Part shown: positions 38,303-47,206 of the stretch, piece by piece
How the letters are laid out: each line of letters starts with the position of its first letter
Position numbering within the stretch: position 1 is the stretch's first letter
Origin: Rikenellaceae bacterium
Lineage (GTDB): Bacteria; Bacteroidota; Bacteroidia; Bacteroidales; Rikenellaceae
DNA length: 64,000 nt
Assembly: GCA_031547885.1 (NCBI GenBank)
Contig: JAVBRO010000002.1
Location: 29,886 to 93,885 of the forward strand
Reading direction: 5' to 3'
Translations under genes and position numbers: made by a program
Notes under the pieces: model-generated
Told to the model about the DNA's origin: nothing
Seen by the model: only the letters and a program-made list of their open reading frames with translations
Database searches by the model: none

Positions 38303-40102
38303 TTAATTGGTTTGCGTTCTATTTTTATATGCCGTCTGAAGCCTGCGCAGCGCCACGGCGAATTGCCGCACATCCGAGGTACAGGTGTTCGAAAAAGTTA
38401 TGTACGCAGGATCGTCGTCCTGATATTCGAATATGGGTTCTTCGGGGGCTTCTATCGTGATCTCCCCGAACGAGAGGTGTTTTCCGGTCAGCTTAACCCC
38501 TTTGATATCCGAATAGGAAATGGATTCTATGGTTCCCGCCTCGGGAGCATCCTCATACACGCGCCAATCGTTGGTTATGACCGATACGCTGTCGGCTTCC
38601 AGCAGCACGATCTTGTATTCCACCGCCGAATCGCCGTAATTCGGGCCGTCTTCCCTGTAGTCGAAAAAATCATTCAGGAAAAGCGTTTTGCCCCTCAGGT
38701 CGTTTTCGCTTTTGCCGTGCCGCGCGAGTTCCGTCTCCACTGCCGTCGACAGGAAACACTGTATGAACAATATTATCTGGGTGTCGGTCGGCTTGGTGCG
38801 ATAGAGTTCTTCCGCCAGGGCGTATGATTCCCATACACTGAGATTGTGGATGCTTGCAGCCCGTCTGCGTTCACGCAGCCTGACAAACGCGCTCATGGTA
38901 ATTATCAGCCACAACCACAGCGGCGAGCAGACGATGATAAACCAAATCGTGCCGCCCGCACTCTTTTTCAACCACAGGACGTTCTCAACCTGTTTTTTTC
39001 CATCCTTTTCCGACATAAGGCGGATATGCGTGGCGGCCATAAGGCTGTCCTGCCGCGCCGTGGAGATGGAATCCCTCGTCATTTGTCCGATGAGCGCTGC
39101 ACATTCTGCGGCCGTGAGTTTTTTCCCGGCCTCCGCCTCTTTGAGTTCGACGGTTCTTTCTACGGACATACGGTAAAGCGGATGTTCCGTCGTATCGAAG
39201 CCCCAGCCTGCCAGCAAGCAGACCGTGAAAAACGCCAATGCCAGCAACAGGTTGAGCGCAAATCTCCATGTGCGTTGCAGGGCCAGCACGAAATACGACC
39301 CCTTCGGCCGCAGCCTTGCCTCTTCTAGCACGTTTGAGCCATATTCGGGCTTACGGGGTTCGAAACGGTAGTCGTAGAAGTGCCTGCGCTGCGCTGCCGT
39401 CAGGTTGTATGCCGCCTCGCACTCTTTCATGCCCGGGCTTTCGACGCCCTGTATATCGAGGCCGCCCGTCCGTGCGTCGTCGAGGGTAGCTGCGCCGGTC
39501 AGTATATCCAGATTGAACCGCGTGTCCGTACTGCAGAGGATGCAATGCTCCGTTATCTCGTCCAGTTCATCGGGCGAGTAGTTCATAGCCTGTTCGAAAA
39601 GAGACCTGGGAGTATCACCCTGCACGACCAGTTGGTTCTGGATGTAATACTCCTGCTTGACCACAGCCAGCAACGCCAGATACTTGCACCTGGTTTCCAT
39701 TCGTATTGCCGTGCCAAGGTATTGCTCCGCACGCCCGACCTCCGACGCCGGCATCGTTTTGACGTTCTTCCCCGCCAACAGCGCAAGGGCGTAGTAATAA
39801 TAAACCTCTGCATCGAGCGGCGAGCGGTCTATGGCATCCCGCAGGCTATGGCGTGCCAACTCATAGTTCTTCAGGTTCAGGTATAGAAGCCCCATCGCGT
39901 AGAGCGAATCGACGTCTTTCGGGTTCTTCTTGGTTTTCTTTGCGTAGAAAGCGATATATTCATTGGCGACTTTCGGGGTTATTTTAAGAGGATTGCGTTT
40001 CGATTTGATGATATTTTTATTGCCGCAGTATTCGCACGCCAACGATCCGGGTACCAAGGGAGACCCACAGCCCGAACATTGTAATATTTCCAACTGCGCC
40101 AT
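38303..40102 (-). CDS. N-terminal zinc-ribbon (CxxC-x13-CxxC) / TPR-like / two-TM membrane protein (hypothetical)
   Basis: MAQLEILQCSGCGSPLVPGSLACEYCGNKN, followed by TPR-like helical repeats, TM segments (ALNLLLALAFFTVCLLAGWGF; TIWFIIVCSPLWLWLIITMSAFV) and a 200-aa C-terminal domain. Confidence 0.5.
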   Translation of the reverse strand: MAQLEILQCSGCGSPLVPGSLACEYCGNKNIIKSKRNPLKITPKVANEYIAFYAKKTKKNPKDVDSLYAMGLLYLNLKNYELARHSLRDAIDRSPLDAEVYYYYALALLAGKNVKTMPASEVGRAEQYLGTAIRMETRCKYLALLAVVKQEYYIQNQLVVQGDTPRSLFEQAMNYSPDELDEITEHCILCSTDTRFNLDILTGAATLDDARTGGLDIQGVESPGMKECEAAYNLTAAQRRHFYDYRFEPRKPEYGSNVLEEARLRPKGSYFVLALQRTWRFALNLLLALAFFTVCLLAGWGFDTTEHPLYRMSVERTVELKEAEAGKKLTAAECAALIGQMTRDSISTARQDSLMAATHIRLMSEKDGKKQVENVLWLKKSAGGTIWFIIVCSPLWLWLIITMSAFVRLRERRRAASIHNLSVWESYALAEELYRTKPTDTQIILFIQCFLSTAVETELARHGKSENDLRGKTLFLNDFFDYREDGPNYGDSAVEYKIVLLEADSVSVITNDWRVYEDAPEAGTIESISYSDIKGVKLTGKHLSFGEITIEAPEEPIFEYQDDDPAYITFSNTCTSDVRQFAVALRRLQTAYKNRTQTN

Positions 40103-40108
40103 GCCCGG

Positions 40109-40543
40109 TTACTCTTTTTTCATCAGTTTTCGGTTCTTCCCGCGGGTGATCTCCTCGTCCGCTTTATGCCGCGCGTCTGTCTCGGCGATCAACGCCCCCG
40201 CGATCAGCCATAACAGGGTCAGGATGACAAGGGCCGTGATGTAGACTTTCAGCGGCATAAGCGCCGAGAAAAGGATCAGTACCGCGCCGCTCGCAATATA
40301 ATACACCGCGCAGACGCCCATGATGGAATAGAACGCGCCCGTGAATTTCTTGCGTCCCGCGCGCACCACGGCGATAAACCCAAAGAAGATCAGTTCCAGC
40401 AGGATGCCGTAGCCGAGATTGACAAAAAAGAGGGTTTCCCTCGTTTCCGGCTTCGTCCAGACGAAAGCCAGGGCGACAGTCGCCGCGATCGTCAGGAGCG
40501 GCACGACCACGGCGGAAAATATGATTACGGATGATTTTGCCAT
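40109..40543 (-). CDS. Small 4-TM membrane protein (hypothetical; start at MAKSS)
   Basis: Four hydrophobic helices in about 144 aa with a basic C-terminal tail (KADEEITRGKNRKLMKKE). The maximal ORF extends upstream into the SPFH gene. Confidence 0.45.
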   Translation of the reverse strand: MAKSSVIIFSAVVVPLLTIAATVALAFVWTKPETRETLFFVNLGYGILLELIFFGFIAVVRAGRKKFTGAFYSIMGVCAVYYIASGAVLILFSALMPLKVYITALVILTLLWLIAGALIAETDARHKADEEITRGKNRKLMKKE

Positions 40544-40556
40544 GTCGGTTCGGTTT

Positions 40557-41711
40557 TTAGAGTGTCGGGGGCGCGCCGAAGAGCGGCTGCAACTCGGGAC
40601 AATCGACGGCCTTCGCCCACTCGCCCATGCCCGGCTTCCACACGTAGGTTTCTTTAGTGAGCTGCCCATTTTGCGCCATCTCAGAGAGAGTGGCCATGTC
40701 GAAAGGCCCCTGTTGTGCGTTGTTCACCAGAATATGGAACGATGCCGGGGGAGGCGGCGTTGTCGGGGCCGCTGCACCCATTTGCCCTGCCATGTCGCCC
40801 ATCTGGCCGCCGAACGCTCCACCCACGCCAACACCCATGCCGAGTCCCATCCCGGCGCCCATCACCTGACCTGCCGAGCCTTCGTTGCCGGCCGCGGTTT
40901 CCATCACGTCGAACGAGCGTTCCTGCTGATAAGTATAGCCCAGCCGCCGCTGGCGCGTAAGTTCACGCTGTATCTCGCGTGCGTCGGCCAGCTGTTCGTT
41001 CTCTATGGGCACGATGCGCTCCACATCGAACTGGACCACCTCGACGCCGTATTTGGCGAACTCGCCGGCGATCTGCCCGTGCACGAACTCCGAAGCCTCG
41101 TCGGTCTTGCCGGCCAGTTGCGTGAAATTTATATTATGTGCCGAAACGTACCCGTTGATCAGCGTACTTAGCTTGCGGTTGATCAGCGCCTTGAAATTAG
41201 TGAGGATATCATCGGTGGTCTGGATGGCGAGAGTGCCCACGATCTCGGTAATAAAAGTCACACTGTCGGCGATCCGCACACCGAACTCTCCCGCCACACC
41301 GATCTGGATTTCCAGTTGATAGAACGGGTCGAACACGGTGATTGGTGTCGCCGAACCCCACTTCAGCCCCCTCTTGGCCGTCTTGTTGACGAACCAAACC
41401 TCGGCCGAGAACGGCGTGTTGCCGCCGAAAGGCAGGTTCACCAACTTCTGTAACAGGGGAATGTTGTTGGCAGACAGCGTATGGGTTCCCGCAGTGAACA
41501 GGTCGCGGGCCATGCCGCCCTTGTAGAATACCGCATCCTGGCTCTGGTTGACGATAAGCTGCGCCCCGATGCTCAGGTTGTCGTACGGAAATTTCCACAC
41601 CAGTTCGTCCGCCTCACCGTTATATTTTATCCGGTCTATGAAACCCTGACGCTCATCGCCCTGCCCGTCATACGTCATGCCATCCGTCCGTTCTTTTTTG
41701 AATATGCCCAT
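40557..41711 (-). CDS. SPFH/Band-7-family protein (Band_7_1-like) with Gly/Met-rich linker and C-terminal small domain
   Basis: 384 aa with an SPFH-like core similar to YdjI/Band_7_1 proteins by recall. A GxGMG-rich low-complexity linker precedes a 50-aa C-terminal domain (DUF4339/GYF-like). Confidence 0.6.
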   Translation of the reverse strand: MGIFKKERTDGMTYDGQGDERQGFIDRIKYNGEADELVWKFPYDNLSIGAQLIVNQSQDAVFYKGGMARDLFTAGTHTLSANNIPLLQKLVNLPFGGNTPFSAEVWFVNKTAKRGLKWGSATPITVFDPFYQLEIQIGVAGEFGVRIADSVTFITEIVGTLAIQTTDDILTNFKALINRKLSTLINGYVSAHNINFTQLAGKTDEASEFVHGQIAGEFAKYGVEVVQFDVERIVPIENEQLADAREIQRELTRQRRLGYTYQQERSFDVMETAAGNEGSAGQVMGAGMGLGMGVGVGGAFGGQMGDMAGQMGAAAPTTPPPPASFHILVNNAQQGPFDMATLSEMAQNGQLTKETYVWKPGMGEWAKAVDCPELQPLFGAPPTL

Positions 41712-41720
41712 ATCTTTTTT

Positions 41721-42698
41721 CTATTTTCCCAAAGTATCCGACCACACGGTTTTATTCCGTCCGCCTATTCTCGTTGTAACCTGGAAGGTGGTTCCCGCGG
41801 CGAACAGTTTTTCCAGCACCGCTCCCGTGAACATGGCGCAGATCATCACTTCGATCACATCGAGGGCCATATATAGCACAGCCGTAAAACCGACCGCATA
41901 AGTGATCACGTAGATCAGCGCGATGAGCGGGGTGCGGATATAGTAGACGAAGAATATGATCACCTGAATAACCTGAGAGATGACCAGGCCCCAGAAAATG
42001 TACTTGTTGTATTCGGCCTCCTTATTCATAAGCCCCACGACAGCGAAGGCGGCGAATCCCAACGCCAAAACGACTATGGTAAGGAAGCAGCCTCCCTGTC
42101 CTTTTTCCGCCCCTTTGGGAGTCGATTCGGCGATCAGCTGCAGCGTCTGGAGCCATAGGAAGACCTGTACCCCGAGGAACAACACGAACGCCAGGAAATA
42201 GACCGTCGCCTTCCACCAGCTACCCAGAACGAACGGAGAATAGAACGTGAACTGGTAACCGTTTGCCAGGTACAGTATCTCGAGAACGCTGGCCAGCAGT
42301 ATCCCGGCCATCAATATGGGGATGCGTACTTTTCTTACCTTTATGGTTGCCAGCGACAGGATGAGTGTAGCCAATACGATGATGATCCCCCATGTGACCA
42401 TTTGGGTCTCTTTTTCGACCCGGTCATCGGCAAGGGCTTTCATTTTTTGCGCGGCATCGTCCAGCGGATCGAGTCGCTTGATCTTCATATAGCCGGTTTT
42501 CTCACCGGCGGTGATCGAACACCAGCCGTTATACTGTAGGTTATTGACACAAACCTCTTCGCCCTTGTCGACCGAACCCCTGGCAGGGGTCAGTGTCGAG
42601 GGCGAACCGTACAGGTTCACGTCGAAGTTGCAGACGAATTTCTGCGCCGAGACAAGCATCGGGCAGATTATCATGATAAGTAGCAAAAGTCTTTTCAT
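41721..42698 (-). CDS. Membrane protein with N-terminal extracytoplasmic SH3b-like domain and about 7 TM helices (hypothetical)
   Basis: Signal peptide MKRLLLLIMIICPMLVSA, an SH3-like stretch (GSVDKGEEVCVNNLQYNGWCSITAGEKTGYMKI), then multiple TM helices. Confidence 0.5.
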   Translation of the reverse strand: MKRLLLLIMIICPMLVSAQKFVCNFDVNLYGSPSTLTPARGSVDKGEEVCVNNLQYNGWCSITAGEKTGYMKIKRLDPLDDAAQKMKALADDRVEKETQMVTWGIIIVLATLILSLATIKVRKVRIPILMAGILLASVLEILYLANGYQFTFYSPFVLGSWWKATVYFLAFVLFLGVQVFLWLQTLQLIAESTPKGAEKGQGGCFLTIVVLALGFAAFAVVGLMNKEAEYNKYIFWGLVISQVIQVIIFFVYYIRTPLIALIYVITYAVGFTAVLYMALDVIEVMICAMFTGAVLEKLFAAGTTFQVTTRIGGRNKTVWSDTLGK

Positions 42699-42772
42699 AT
42701 ACACTGGTTATTAAGTACGGCCCAAACGTACTCCAGGGGCATATGAAAAACATAGACAAAAATAGATTTTAG

Positions 42773-44569
42773 TCAGATGATCATCCGGAACGGGTCTTCT
42801 TTCGGAAATTTTTTCCGGATGCGGTAGCGTACGGTTCGTACGCTCGCAGGCTCGACGTTGAATATAAGGCTGATGTCACGGACGTCAACGTCAGCGTTGA
42901 AGCAGATGATATATTTCATGTCCATGCCGGTGATCTTAACCTTCGAAGTGCGGTATGCCTGTCCGAGAGTACCGCTGTCGATCCGGGACAGCCGGTCGAG
43001 ATATCTCTTTTTATCCTCTTTTCCAATGGGCGAGTCGGATATCATTCGGGCCATTTTCGCAACGGCGCTTTCCACCGGATCGCCCTGTGCATCCTGTCCG
43101 TTGCCGGCCTGCATTTTGTCCAGCTCGTTCTGACGAAGTTCTGCGAGCAGGGCTGTTTCGTAAAGCCGTTGTTCTACGTTTTTTCGCTTCAGGCGGCCGC
43201 TCACGGCTACGAAAACAAGCGTCGTCAATAGCAACAGGAGTAATCCGATGGCCAGTGTCAGGATGATCCTGGCTGTCCTGTTCTCTTTGGTCAGGGTCTG
43301 GATCCGTATTTCCTTTTTTTCCGTTTCATATTTGGCCGACATATCGTTCATGGCCTGGACTTTCTCCTTTTCGTAACGCCTCGCCTCTGTGTCGAACAGC
43401 ATTTTATGATATTTAAGAGCTTCGCCGGGCTGTCCGGCTTTTTCGTAATATTCGACCATAAATTCATATGCGTCGTGTCGAAGTACGCTCAGATTCTCGT
43501 AATTATGCAGCTGGTCGAGCATCTCCAGGGCTTCGTTCATCGCGGCGAGGGACTCGCGCATCCGCCCTTCGCGCAGGAGCGCCTTAGCCCTCACTTCATT
43601 CATGTGGATTTTCAATTCGAGACGGGAGTTGTTTTCGTTATGCCGTCCCATACTTATTTCCAGTTCCATCATCTCCGCCGCTTTATCGAGGTTCGACAGG
43701 ATCGCGTCCGTCCGCTCGGGATAATAGTCGTTCAGCTCTCTGGCCAGAAAGTAATAGGCATACCCGTGCATCCAGGAGGCCGCCAGATCCGCGAAATTGT
43801 TTTCTACAAGTTCAATGTTCTTACGGACATACAGCAGACACAAATCTATAATTTCCTGATCGAACGGCTCGCCATTCTTTTTCTGGCTTTCGAGCAGCAG
43901 CCCGTAATAGCTGTGTTTGATGACGTTATACTGGTATTGCGACTGCGGGAAATTGTCCTTTTCGAGGTAATCCTCCATCTCTTTCAGAACCCTTTCCAGG
44001 GCATCTGTATCCTTGATGTCGAAAAAGCTGCCGGCAATGGTATAAAGCGCCGTCGACGACCATGTATACATCTCCATTTTGTCGAAATAGTGAATGGCCA
44101 GATAGAGGTATTCGTGTGCCTTTTCGGTTTTTCCGCGTTTGATCTCCCTGCCGGCATTCGCATAGCTCATGAGCGCACAGGCCTGGTCTTTCCCGGACTC
44201 TATGGCCGCTTCGAGGGCTTTTTCGCCGAATACGCGCTCCATTTCGTCATCGCCTTCGCCGGCTCGTTCGCGGTAGCAGAAACTTATCGATATGTATAGC
44301 TGGGAAAGGCCGGCCAACTGGGAGGACTTATCAGACCAGTTTTCCTGAACGAAAGGATACAGTACCGTGCGGCATAACTCCTCCGCCTCTTCCGGCGAGG
44401 AGTTGGAGCATACCATATTATATCCTGATTTGAAACGTGTTTCCACGTCGAGAGAGTCGTTATGCAGGATTGTCTGAAGGGAGTCCCTTACGTTGAATTG
44501 TTGTCCGTAAGCCACAGATGCAAAGAGCAGGCAAAGCAGGAATATCGGGTATAGTCGGGTTAGCTTCAT
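42773..44569 (-). CDS. Single-pass transmembrane regulator: periplasmic TPR-like domain - TM - cytoplasmic LuxR-type HTH
   Basis: Signal peptide from MKLTRLYPIFLLCLLFASVAYG (start 44569). Long helical TPR-like region. TM helice ILTLAIGLLLLLLTTLVFVAV. C-terminal DMKYIICFNADVDVRDISLIFNVEPASVRTVRYRIRKK resembling a LuxR/GerE HTH. Confidence 0.55.
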   Translation of the reverse strand: MKLTRLYPIFLLCLLFASVAYGQQFNVRDSLQTILHNDSLDVETRFKSGYNMVCSNSSPEEAEELCRTVLYPFVQENWSDKSSQLAGLSQLYISISFCYRERAGEGDDEMERVFGEKALEAAIESGKDQACALMSYANAGREIKRGKTEKAHEYLYLAIHYFDKMEMYTWSSTALYTIAGSFFDIKDTDALERVLKEMEDYLEKDNFPQSQYQYNVIKHSYYGLLLESQKKNGEPFDQEIIDLCLLYVRKNIELVENNFADLAASWMHGYAYYFLARELNDYYPERTDAILSNLDKAAEMMELEISMGRHNENNSRLELKIHMNEVRAKALLREGRMRESLAAMNEALEMLDQLHNYENLSVLRHDAYEFMVEYYEKAGQPGEALKYHKMLFDTEARRYEKEKVQAMNDMSAKYETEKKEIRIQTLTKENRTARIILTLAIGLLLLLLTTLVFVAVSGRLKRKNVEQRLYETALLAELRQNELDKMQAGNGQDAQGDPVESAVAKMARMISDSPIGKEDKKRYLDRLSRIDSGTLGQAYRTSKVKITGMDMKYIICFNADVDVRDISLIFNVEPASVRTVRYRIRKKFPKEDPFRMII

Positions 44570-45184
44570 ATCTGTAGTAGTAAGAGAATGGGTTTTTATT
44601 TCACACGAATATCGGAATAAATTCCGTGAATGCATCATATACGATTGCAAAATAAGCATTTATATTTAGAAAACGGTCACCGGATCGGTAACAATCATGG
44701 AACTGGTCAGAGCTGTCATCGGGATTAACTGCAATACTGTGTTCCCAAATTTCACCCATCCCGGTTTGACCACCTCAAAAAGGAGTGCCGAGAAAAACCG
44801 GTATAGGTAGATATTTATAAAACAAAAATCTTAACACCCGGCAATCAGGGTGCGAAGAGGCTTCAAGGGAGTATAATTTTGTGAAAAACACCGACTGCCG
44901 GAACCAAATGGATACTATATGGACAAACATCTGACGATCCCCCACCCTGTTTTAAATAATCTGTTGATTTTCATGTTGAAGCCGGTCTCTGTTGCCATCG
45001 AGAAAACCCTGCGTAAAAAAATCTTAATTTTTTCGTATAAAACACGTAAGAAATTTCATTTTTTTTTGGAATGAAAATAATAAAGTATTACTTTTGTTTT
45101 GAAATGAAAGATATTGTCTTCAAATCGAAACCTAAGCTATGTGAAAATTAAGCCTTAAGTATTAACAAACAACCCATCAACTGT
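44570..45184. promoter_or_regulatory. 615-bp divergent regulatory region containing G(A/G)AATGAAA direct repeats and a TACTTTTG -7 box
   Basis: GGAATGAAAATAATAAAG and GAAATGAAAGATATTG lie about 30 nt apart around a TACTTTTG -7-like motif, upstream of the phosphoesterase start at 45185. AAATTTCATTT palindrome. Confidence 0.4.
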
Positions 45185-47194
45185 ATGAAGCAACATTACT
45201 TGAAACTAATCCTTATTTTCACGTTTACATTCAGTCTTCTTAGTGTTTCTGTCGGCTGCAGCAAAGAACCTGCTGCAAAACCGGCAGACGACATCGCACT
45301 GAGTGTCAAACTACCGTCGGTATACACCCTGCCGCCGGGCGGAACCCTCGTCTTTCTTGGAGACGGCTTTTTAAAAGGCGACAAGATCCAATTGGTGGGC
45401 AGCGATGCCACACTGACCGTCAACATCTCGATTATGGAGAATGGAGCGGTGTCGTTCGTCCTGCCGGAAAATTTCGAATGGGGTTATTACAAATTCGTTC
45501 TCATAAGAGGAGATGCCAAAAAGACCCTGGGTTATTCGCATATCTCTTTCGGGATCAAGCTGGATGTTCCTGAAGTCGAAGGCATGAATCTCAGAGGCGC
45601 AGTAACGACGGCCGACGGAGCGGGCGTTCCCGGAGTTTCCGTTTCCGACGGTGTCGAAGTCGTACAGACGGATGCGAACGGGCTTTACTATATTGCGTCG
45701 AAGAAAGAGTCGGGATTTGTGTTTATTTCCGTGCCGGGCGACTACACGGTGGAAATGGATGCATCCACACCTGTTATGTACAAGCGCACGGCTTCGTACA
45801 GCAAAGATGTCTCGGAAAGGTTCGACTTTTACCTGGCCCCGGCCGACAACACCAAATATACGCTGATCGCAGCCACCGACTTTCACCTGGCCGACAGGAA
45901 TAATGACCTTGGGCAGTTCCGCCAGGGTTTTGCGTCTGAAATAACGGCGCTCGGCAGGACGAAGAACGTGCATTGCGTTACTATGGGCGACCTGACGTGG
46001 GACCTTTACTGGTACAGCCTGTCGTTCACGCTGAGTAAGTTCAGGACGGAGTTGAGTTCTATAAACGTTCCGATGTACCACACCATGGGCAACCATGACT
46101 ACGATATGAAGGGGCGCAAACTGACCAGTTCGGACATCACACCGCCTTATGTTTACAACTCGACATACGCCTACATGAACACCAGCGACTGGGTGTCTGC
46201 CGGCACATGGCGCACGGATATGGGGCCGACCTACTATTCGTTCAACATCGGCGAGGTGCATTACATCGTGGTCGACAATATGAACTGTACGAACGGCGGG
46301 ACTTCGGACACCCGGACCTACACCGGAATGATCGACGCGAACCAGATGGCATGGGTGGCGAACGACCTGAAGTTCGTGGACCCGTCCACCCCGATATTCG
46401 TGACGATGCACATACCGCACAAGGGACAGCCCAGCACCGCCAATGTCGCGTCTAACAACCTGACCAACTCCGCGGCGTTCAAGACACTGTTCAACGGCTA
46501 CAAGGAAGTGCATATCCTGACGGGCCACACCCACGTAGGTTATAACGTGGTTGAAGAATCGGGCGGCGACCTGTGGTACGAGCACAATACCCCCGCTGTT
46601 TGCGGAACATGGTGGTGGACCGGCAGACCGGGATACACCGACAACAACGTCGCTCCCGACGGCGCTCCGGGCGGTTATTGCGTTTACGAAATCGACGGAA
46701 AAAATATCACATGGAAGCAGAAAGGTGCGGGTAAAAGCATCGACTACCAGTTCCGTTCCTACGACCTTAACAAGACAGTGCTGCTTGCCAGCGAGTGGGT
46801 GCCCAACGCCACTGCGGCATTGAAATCTTCATGGGCTTCCAGTTCGTACGCAGGTTCATATCAGACGGCTAAAACCAATGCGATCCTTCTCAATATATGG
46901 AACTGGGATCCGGCATGGAAGATCAAGCTGACCGAAGGCGACGGCGCTTCGGCCAAAACCCTGACAGCAACCCGCGTACAGCGCAGGGACCCGCTTCAGA
47001 TGATCTCCTACACGGCTTTCAGCATGGACGGCGGAAGTTCTCCTACATTCGGCTCAAACAACTCGACGCACTTCTTCGAGGCGCAGGCGACCACCGCTAC
47101 CGAGACCATATATATAGAGGTAACCGACAGGTTCGGCAATGTCTATAAAGAAACCATGGCAAGGCCCAAAGCGGTTTCCCGTACTATGCAATAA
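45185..47194 (+). CDS. Lipoprotein calcineurin-like metallophosphoesterase with N-terminal carboxypeptidase-regulatory-like domain
   Basis: Lipoprotein signal (LLSVSVGCS). CarbopepD_reg-like stretch (GAVTTADGAGVPGVSVSDGVEVVQTDANGLYYI). MPP motifs (ATDFHL, GDLTWD, GNHDYD, MHIPH, GHTHVG). Confidence 0.8.
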   Translation: MKQHYLKLILIFTFTFSLLSVSVGCSKEPAAKPADDIALSVKLPSVYTLPPGGTLVFLGDGFLKGDKIQLVGSDATLTVNISIMENGAVSFVLPENFEWGYYKFVLIRGDAKKTLGYSHISFGIKLDVPEVEGMNLRGAVTTADGAGVPGVSVSDGVEVVQTDANGLYYIASKKESGFVFISVPGDYTVEMDASTPVMYKRTASYSKDVSERFDFYLAPADNTKYTLIAATDFHLADRNNDLGQFRQGFASEITALGRTKNVHCVTMGDLTWDLYWYSLSFTLSKFRTELSSINVPMYHTMGNHDYDMKGRKLTSSDITPPYVYNSTYAYMNTSDWVSAGTWRTDMGPTYYSFNIGEVHYIVVDNMNCTNGGTSDTRTYTGMIDANQMAWVANDLKFVDPSTPIFVTMHIPHKGQPSTANVASNNLTNSAAFKTLFNGYKEVHILTGHTHVGYNVVEESGGDLWYEHNTPAVCGTWWWTGRPGYTDNNVAPDGAPGGYCVYEIDGKNITWKQKGAGKSIDYQFRSYDLNKTVLLASEWVPNATAALKSSWASSSYAGSYQTAKTNAILLNIWNWDPAWKIKLTEGDGASAKTLTATRVQRRDPLQMISYTAFSMDGGSSPTFGSNNSTHFFEAQATTATETIYIEVTDRFGNVYKETMARPKAVSRTMQ

Positions 47195-47206
47195 TAAATT
47201 ATTATA

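Noticed and set aside
40109-40669. Maximal 186-aa ORF for the small membrane protein
   Set aside because: The first 42 codons overlap the 3' end of the SPFH gene in another frame and encode an Arg/Ser-rich non-membrane leader. The in-frame Met at 40543 immediately precedes the first TM helix and leaves a 14-nt gap, so the shorter CDS was reported.
43406-44299. 297-aa + strand ORF
   Set aside because: It is antisense to the TPR-LuxR regulator. The protein is hydrophobic/His-rich without features, and there is no RBS or promoter context.
45371-46585. 404-aa - strand ORF
   Set aside because: It is antisense to the metallophosphoesterase gene, whose GDxxD/GNHD/GHTH motifs fix the coding frame on the + strand.
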